NCBI GenBank assembly: GCA_029856125.1
Contig: JAHQWJ010000007.1
Coordinates: 1 to 64,000, forward strand
DNA length: 64,000 bases
Source: Promethearchaeia archaeon
Lineage (GTDB): Archaea; Asgardarchaeota; Lokiarchaeia; Sigyniarchaeales; SOKP01
Direction: 5' to 3'
Shown: one piece after another, positions 58,475-64,000 of the stretch
Numbering within the stretch: position 1 is the first letter of the stretch
Layout of the letters: the number at the start of each line of letters is the position of its first letter
Made by a program: the position numbers and the translations under genes
Notes under the pieces: model-generated
The model's database searches: none
What the model was told of the DNA's origin: nothing
Seen by the model: the letters and a program-made list of their open reading frames with translations, nothing else

Positions 58475-60040
58475 ATGTCAGTAAATAAAAAGCGATTGTT
58501 CAATGAGCTCCTAACAAAATTTTTACTAGCGTATGAAGATGTGGATGCTCTGATTGTATCTGATCATGAAGGACTTATAATTGCTGGGCAAAAAAGAGCA
58601 TCTGTGGACATGGAATTGGTATCTGTTTTAACAGTTTTAATCAATCCTCTTTTAGAAAGAATTAGAGAAGAATTTGCTTTCAAAAAATTTGGATCAGCTA
58701 GCTTTGACACCGAAAACAATCGATTGTTGTTTATATCTATTGACGAGAATATAACTCTCAGTGTTGTATTAGATACACTATCATCCATTGATAAAATTAG
58801 CCCATATGCCTATTTTTTGGCAGAAAAAACAGCTCAAATTATTTATGCTGGAGAAAACGATAACATTCAAGTCTCAATACCCAACTTCGACACAGAATCC
58901 GAAAGCTTAAAGGAACCCGATAGAATAAAAGATCAAATCTACCAATTGCGTTTAGATTCAGGGGGGATCTATAAATTTAAATTTATAATCGTAGGTGACA
59001 AAGCTGTTGGAAAATCTTCGATTGTAAGGAGATTTGTAGAAAATAGATTTTCTCTTGATTATAGGTCTACTCTTGGCTTAAATGTTCTCTCTCATTCATT
59101 AGGATTCTACGGAAATGAAGTTTACTTTTCACTTTGGGATGTAGGTGCGCAGGAATATTTCAAACGCTTTAGAAAAACTTATTATATAGGCGCACAAGCT
59201 GCTTTCATCGTGTTTGATGTTTGTAAAAGAGATACCTTTGCAAATGTGAAAGTATGGTATAAAGAACTAGAAGATTTTCTCCATAAAAAAAATATACCAA
59301 TTGTAATTGTAGGTAATAAAATAGATTTAGCAGATCAGAGAAGTGTAGAGTATAAAGAGGGAATTGAGCTAGTCGAAGAGCTTACCAAAGAAAGTGTTGA
59401 AAGTTATTTCTCGTATATTGAAACCAGCGCATTAACCGGCGAAAATATCGAAGATGCGTTTAGTTTAATTGCTTACCATTACATAATGAAGAGTAAAGAG
59501 AGGGAGGAGCAAAGATTAAAAGAGAGCTTAATGGATCAAATCAATTCGATATTAGAGAAAAGAGGAAAATTAACCATCTCTTTTATTACTGAAAATCCAT
59601 ATTGGAGCCCAGGATTGCAGATTCTAAATGATGTTAATACATTATGTGAGTGTGAAAAACTAATAGATGATAAAGATAAAAGATTGTATAAATACTCCAA
59701 TGGGCTAATTATTAAGAATTTTTTATTCGATAACTTAGATGTAAAAGATTCTGATAGCGTATTTGTAATATTCGACGCCAGAAAAAAAACACACATCGAG
59801 CAAAAATGGAAAGATGTAGTTGTGAACATTATAAGCAATTTAAAGGAAAATAAAGTAGCACTAATTGGCGTGAGAGTATCAGATGAGACTGATTGGTCTA
59901 ACATAATGGAAGAATTTAATGTTAATCAATTCCTAGAGAAGAAAATGGTATCTCTTTTGTTTTTTAAGATTGGCTTCGAGTATAGGCTGGAAATATATGA
60001 TCAACTTGATGTAATGTTTAGTACAATTACAAACTTATGA
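58475..60040 (+). CDS. Roadblock domain - Rab-like GTPase - degenerate GTPase-like domain
   Basis: DVDALIVSDHEGLII roadblock; GDKAVGKS, WDVGAQ, GNKID, ETSAL; C-terminal SDSVFVIFDAR. Confidence 0.85.
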   Translation: MSVNKKRLFNELLTKFLLAYEDVDALIVSDHEGLIIAGQKRASVDMELVSVLTVLINPLLERIREEFAFKKFGSASFDTENNRLLFISIDENITLSVVLDTLSSIDKISPYAYFLAEKTAQIIYAGENDNIQVSIPNFDTESESLKEPDRIKDQIYQLRLDSGGIYKFKFIIVGDKAVGKSSIVRRFVENRFSLDYRSTLGLNVLSHSLGFYGNEVYFSLWDVGAQEYFKRFRKTYYIGAQAAFIVFDVCKRDTFANVKVWYKELEDFLHKKNIPIVIVGNKIDLADQRSVEYKEGIELVEELTKESVESYFSYIETSALTGENIEDAFSLIAYHYIMKSKEREEQRLKESLMDQINSILEKRGKLTISFITENPYWSPGLQILNDVNTLCECEKLIDDKDKRLYKYSNGLIIKNFLFDNLDVKDSDSVFVIFDARKKTHIEQKWKDVVVNIISNLKENKVALIGVRVSDETDWSNIMEEFNVNQFLEKKMVSLLFFKIGFEYRLEIYDQLDVMFSTITNL

Positions 60041-60179
60041 AATTTTTTATTCTATATTAGTGAGTATTAGCGTGGATAGTTTATATTTTCAAATAACTAC
60101 TTTTAAAAGCAAGTTAAATTATATTATTGATAAGAACATTTTCTGCTTGATCCAATTCAAAAATGTGTGGTGTATCCAC

Positions 60180-61742
60180 TTGTCAATTAATAGAAAACGA
60201 CTATTCGACGAGATTCTTAACAATTTTCTAGAAAGATTTTCTGATGTTGAAGCAATTATCGTTTCAGATCATGAAGGTTTCGTTATCGCCGGAGAAAAAA
60301 GAAAAGACACTGAAAGTGATCTAGAAATCGTATCAGTGTTGACGACTCTGATAAATCCCGTTTTAGAAAGAATAAGAAATGAATTTGCCTTCAAGAAATT
60401 TGGAACTGCTTCGTTCGACACGGATGAGCATCGCTTAATGTTTATTACAATTGACGAAGAAAGAATTTTAAGCATAATTTTTAATAGCATGGCATCAGTT
60501 GAAAAAGTTGCACCATATACCTATTTCTTAGCTGAGAAAACTGCTCAAATACTTAATTCTGGTGAGGATGATACACTTCAATTAGTGATTCCTGATTTTG
60601 ACTCTGATACAGAAAGGCATGAAAAGCTTAAAGAATCTATTTGTCAATCAGAAATCGATGATTGTGTAAATTACAACTTTAAATTCGTTATTATAGGAAA
60701 CCACGAGGTAGGAAAAACTTCTCTAATACGACAATTCGTAGAAAGAAAGTTTTTGCACGATTATCGAGCAACCATAGGATTAAACATTTTCGCTCATAAT
60801 TTTGACTTTCAGGGAAACGAAATTAGTGTCCAACTCTGGGATATAGGTGCGCAGCAATATTTTAAAAGGTTTCGCAAGATATACTACAACGGTGCAGAAG
60901 CGGCCTTTATTGTCTTTGATATTACTAACAGAGAATCATTTGGGAAAATCAAAGATTGGTATAAAGAGATTAATCAGCTCATTGATGAAACAAATATCCC
61001 TATAGTTATAGTGGGGAATAAAGATGATTTAGCTGGACAGAGAGTAATATCCACAGCTGAAGGCGAAGCATTAGCAAAATCTTTGTCAGAAACCGGGTTG
61101 TCCTATATAGAGACGAGCGCTTTAACTGGAAGTAATGTCAAAGACGCCTTTGAATTAATGGCGTACCATTATATCATTAAAAGTAAAAAAAAGGAAAAAG
61201 ATCAAATCCAGGAAAGTCTAACAGAAGCAATAATTTCAACGTTAAAAGAGCTTATTATATTAGAATTAACGTTTATCACGGACGATTTTAATTGGAATCC
61301 CGGATTCCAGACGATCGTAAATTTAGAGAAATTAGGCGAATTCTCGAAGTTAAAAGACAACCACAGCGAAAAACTATATCCCTACAAAAATGGGTTGATA
61401 ATAAGTAGTTATATGTATGACGAATTCAACCTCTCTAATTCGGATGGTGTTTTTATCATCTTTGACGCTCGAAATAAGGAGCACATTGATCCAGAATGGA
61501 AAAATATACTTATGAGGACAATCAAAAAGATAAGAAAAAAACGAGCTGTTATTGTAGGGCTTCGAGTTTCCGACGATAAAAACTACCCACAATTGATGGA
61601 TGAATTTGTTATCGACAATGATTTAGAAGAGAAAATCGTATCAGTTCTCTTCCTCAAAATTGGTACCGACTACAGAGAAAAAATGTACGATCACCTTATA
61701 CTCATGTTAGAACTTATTGTTAACACGAGAAAATTAAAATAA
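60180..61742 (+). CDS. Roadblock - Rab-like GTPase - degenerate GTPase-like domain (tandem paralog)
   Basis: TTG start at 60180 aligns with paralog (MSINRKRLF vs MSVNKKRLF); GNHEVGKT, WDIGAQ, GNKDD, ETSAL. Confidence 0.85.
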   Translation: MSINRKRLFDEILNNFLERFSDVEAIIVSDHEGFVIAGEKRKDTESDLEIVSVLTTLINPVLERIRNEFAFKKFGTASFDTDEHRLMFITIDEERILSIIFNSMASVEKVAPYTYFLAEKTAQILNSGEDDTLQLVIPDFDSDTERHEKLKESICQSEIDDCVNYNFKFVIIGNHEVGKTSLIRQFVERKFLHDYRATIGLNIFAHNFDFQGNEISVQLWDIGAQQYFKRFRKIYYNGAEAAFIVFDITNRESFGKIKDWYKEINQLIDETNIPIVIVGNKDDLAGQRVISTAEGEALAKSLSETGLSYIETSALTGSNVKDAFELMAYHYIIKSKKKEKDQIQESLTEAIISTLKELIILELTFITDDFNWNPGFQTIVNLEKLGEFSKLKDNHSEKLYPYKNGLIISSYMYDEFNLSNSDGVFIIFDARNKEHIDPEWKNILMRTIKKIRKKRAVIVGLRVSDDKNYPQLMDEFVIDNDLEEKIVSVLFLKIGTDYREKMYDHLILMLELIVNTRKLK

Positions 61743-61749
61743 CTATTTT

Positions 61750-62814
61750 TTAAGCTTTTAATATACTCTTTAATTTACTAGCGATTAAATCTCCCATTTC
61801 TATAGTTGAGAGCGTATTTAAACTTTTACTTTGTATATCTAAAGTTCTCCCTTCCTGTAATGCCGTTTCTACAGCATTATCTATATACCTTCCTATTTTG
61901 GACGAGTTAAACGATTCTTCGAACATTAATTTTACGCTTAAAATCGTGCCTATAGGATTTGCAATTCCTCTTCCTGCTATATCAGGGGCGGAGCCGTGAA
62001 TTGGTTCGTACATCGACACCTTTCCAGGATGAATGTTTCCACTTGAACCCATTCCCAGACTTCCTATAAGGAAAGCGCCTTCGTCGCTAATAATATCTCC
62101 AAACATATTTCCTGTGACTACCGTTTGAAATTTATGAGGCGCTCTTATTAGCCATTGTGTAAATGCGTCGATGTATATATCTTCTGTTTTAATATTTGAA
62201 TAGTTTTCACTCATTTCGTGAAAAATTTTTCTCCATAATTTACTTGTGTTCAGAATGTTAGCCTTATCAACGGAGGTAACAATTTTATGGTTTCTTCTTT
62301 TTGCAAATTCAAATGCAAACTTGATAATTCGCTCGCAACCCTCTCTGGTGTAAAGCATTAAGTTCTCTGCTGAGTCTTCTCCTAATTTACCTATGTTCTT
62401 ATAGAGCCCTTCTGTATTTTCCCTCACAAAAGTTATGTCAATACCCTTTCCTATAAATTCGCTTTTTAAAGGACATTTCTCGCGTAGTACATCATACAAT
62501 TTAATAGGTCTTAAATTAATATATAAATCTAATCCTTGCCGTATTTTCAGAATAGCACTTTCTGCTACTCCAGGAGGTAAATCAGGCAAACCAATTGCGC
62601 CAAATAATAGCGCATCAGAATTTTTAATAACATCAAACGATTTTTCAGGGAGGTTAGTGCCAAATACTTTCAAAACTTCGCCTCCTGCTGGAGCGTCTTT
62701 AAATTCAAAATCATAGTCTGTGAACTCAGAAACGATCCTGAGAATTTTAATTCCTTCGTTCACAACTTCGGGACCGCAACCATCACCACGCGTGATTGCT
62801 ATTATTTTCTTCAT
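61750..62814 (-). CDS. leuB: 3-isopropylmalate dehydrogenase family
   Basis: GDGCGPEV, NLRPIK, RENTEGLY, VDKANIL, NMFGDIISD, EPIHGSAPDIAG. Confidence 0.85.
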   Translation of the reverse strand: MKKIIAITRGDGCGPEVVNEGIKILRIVSEFTDYDFEFKDAPAGGEVLKVFGTNLPEKSFDVIKNSDALLFGAIGLPDLPPGVAESAILKIRQGLDLYINLRPIKLYDVLREKCPLKSEFIGKGIDITFVRENTEGLYKNIGKLGEDSAENLMLYTREGCERIIKFAFEFAKRRNHKIVTSVDKANILNTSKLWRKIFHEMSENYSNIKTEDIYIDAFTQWLIRAPHKFQTVVTGNMFGDIISDEGAFLIGSLGMGSSGNIHPGKVSMYEPIHGSAPDIAGRGIANPIGTILSVKLMFEESFNSSKIGRYIDNAVETALQEGRTLDIQSKSLNTLSTIEMGDLIASKLKSILKA

Positions 62815-62921
62815 ACCAATTACCTATTATATTTTTAGAAATTTATTTAATATTTATAATAGAAGATTTATATACTATTCTTAATTCTACTTGTTTAAAC
62901 TTATTTTGAAGAGTATTTTGT

Positions 62922-63200
62922 ATGTCGTCGCCAGCTGATAGTTTTTTTGATATATATTTTACAATAACATTTGTTGTTGTCTTCACTGGAACATTATTTT
63001 TAACAATTGTTGCTCCTATAAATATCTGGCCTGGAGGCATTCTACTTCCTAAATATGATGAAGTATGTGTCTTAACCTGCGTAATAACTGAGATTCCTAT
63101 TAATGGCTTATGGGGTGGGTTGATTAATGGTGCCACTTATGGAGTATTAGGGGTGATAGGATATTTAGGTGTTCGGTCAATTTGGAGAAAGTTAAAGTAA
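62922..63200 (+). CDS. Small 2-TM hypothetical protein
   Basis: Two hydrophobic segments, basic C-terminus. Confidence 0.45.
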   Translation: MSSPADSFFDIYFTITFVVVFTGTLFLTIVAPINIWPGGILLPKYDEVCVLTCVITEIPINGLWGGLINGATYGVLGVIGYLGVRSIWRKLK

Positions 63201-63272
63201 TGAAAAAATTAAATCTTGATTTTTATCTATTTTTTTAGTAAGAAATTGAAATACTATTTATTATTAAATTAA

Positions 63273-63869
63273 TTGAGAATGAGAGAAATGGAAATAATTG
63301 TTAGACCATTGAGTTCAAAGCTAATTAAAGATTTCCTAAATTTTTTCGACAATATAGCCTTTACAGATAATCCCGATTGGTCTGGATGCTACTGTCAATT
63401 TTATCATTTCCCTGGAAGCATTAAGGAATGGGGAGATGCCACAAAGGAACAAAACAGAAACGCATCAGAAAAATTAATCCTTGAGGATAAGATGAAAGGA
63501 TTTCTGGCTTATGTGAACAATCAACCTGTTGGGTGGTGTAATGTTAATAACAAAGAAGCTTATTCAAACATTCCCTACGAGGACGAATTGGGAGAAAGTG
63601 CGAGAAATAAAATTGCTTCAATTGTATGTTTTGTAATATCACCCAGTTATAGGAAAAAAGGCATCGCACGGACTTTATTACAAAAGACAATAGTTAATTT
63701 AAGGGAAAACGGATTTAAATGGCTGGAATCGTATCCAAGAACTGGCGAATTGTCTGATGCTCACAGTTACCATGGACCCGTTTCATTATACTCTTCTGAA
63801 GGATTTTTTGTAGTTAAAGAAACAGAGAATTCAATTGTAATGCGGAAAAATTTAACTGCTAATATCTGA
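63273..63869 (+). CDS. GNAT family acetyltransferase
   Basis: WSGCYCQFY, PVGWC, CFVISPSYRKKGIARTLL, ESYP, YHGPVSLY..EGF. Confidence 0.88.
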   Translation: MRMREMEIIVRPLSSKLIKDFLNFFDNIAFTDNPDWSGCYCQFYHFPGSIKEWGDATKEQNRNASEKLILEDKMKGFLAYVNNQPVGWCNVNNKEAYSNIPYEDELGESARNKIASIVCFVISPSYRKKGIARTLLQKTIVNLRENGFKWLESYPRTGELSDAHSYHGPVSLYSSEGFFVVKETENSIVMRKNLTANI

Positions 63870-64000
63870 AATGTGTTTTTCAATAAATAAAGCTTTATTC
63901 TATCATTGATGATTATATATCAGAAGAAATATAATACCTTCAATAAGAGTTTAAAAAGCCGGTATAAAATTTCATCAAACTTACTTAATTCGAAGACCTA

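Noticed and set aside
60060-60179. 40-aa N-terminal extension of the second roadblock-GTPase
   Set aside because: Paralog alignment places the start at TTG 60180; the extension looks like AT-rich intergenic sequence
312-63136. Many short antisense or overlapping ORFs in the track (e.g. 633-1031, 11110-11499, 27231-27752, 41101-41463, 59536-59904)
   Set aside because: They shadow well-supported genes on the opposite strand or frame and have no motifs
1-64000. CRISPR arrays, tRNA/rRNA genes, IS elements
   Set aside because: No regularly spaced repeats, GC-rich structural RNA segments or transposase ORFs seen by eye; tRNAscan/Infernal were not run

Overview
Very AT-rich, gene-dense archaeal DNA with oligo-T terminators, TTG/GTG starts and TATA-type promoters. 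It is almost certainly from an Asgard archaeon (Lokiarchaeia-like): it has six small GTPases, several longin/roadblock proteins, RING-TPR, GRAM/PH proteins and a Loki-CTERM-like sorting signal. The first ~38 kb is mixed metabolic, transport and regulatory genes (mutM, MscS pair, FTR1, DsrEFH, csp, trx) with several pseudogenes and candidate operators. The region from 38 to 62 kb is rich in signalling genes. Its main feature is a four-gene cassette present twice (40.8-43.7 kb and 53.4-56.3 kb): a stand-alone uDENN-like protein, two translationally coupled 7-TM proteins and an Arf-like GTPase fused to a longin domain. This looks like a candidate membrane receptor-to-Arf signalling module (GPCR/G-protein-like logic). 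A second notable item is missing from the ORF track: a 67-codon two-TM gene (48146-48349, minus) with an in-frame TGA and a eukaryote-type SECIS-like hairpin just after its stop, a candidate new selenoprotein. There is also a tandem pair of roadblock-Rab-pseudoGTPase genes. No rRNA, tRNA, CRISPR array or transposase was recognised. All domain calls were made by eye from motifs; no searches were run.
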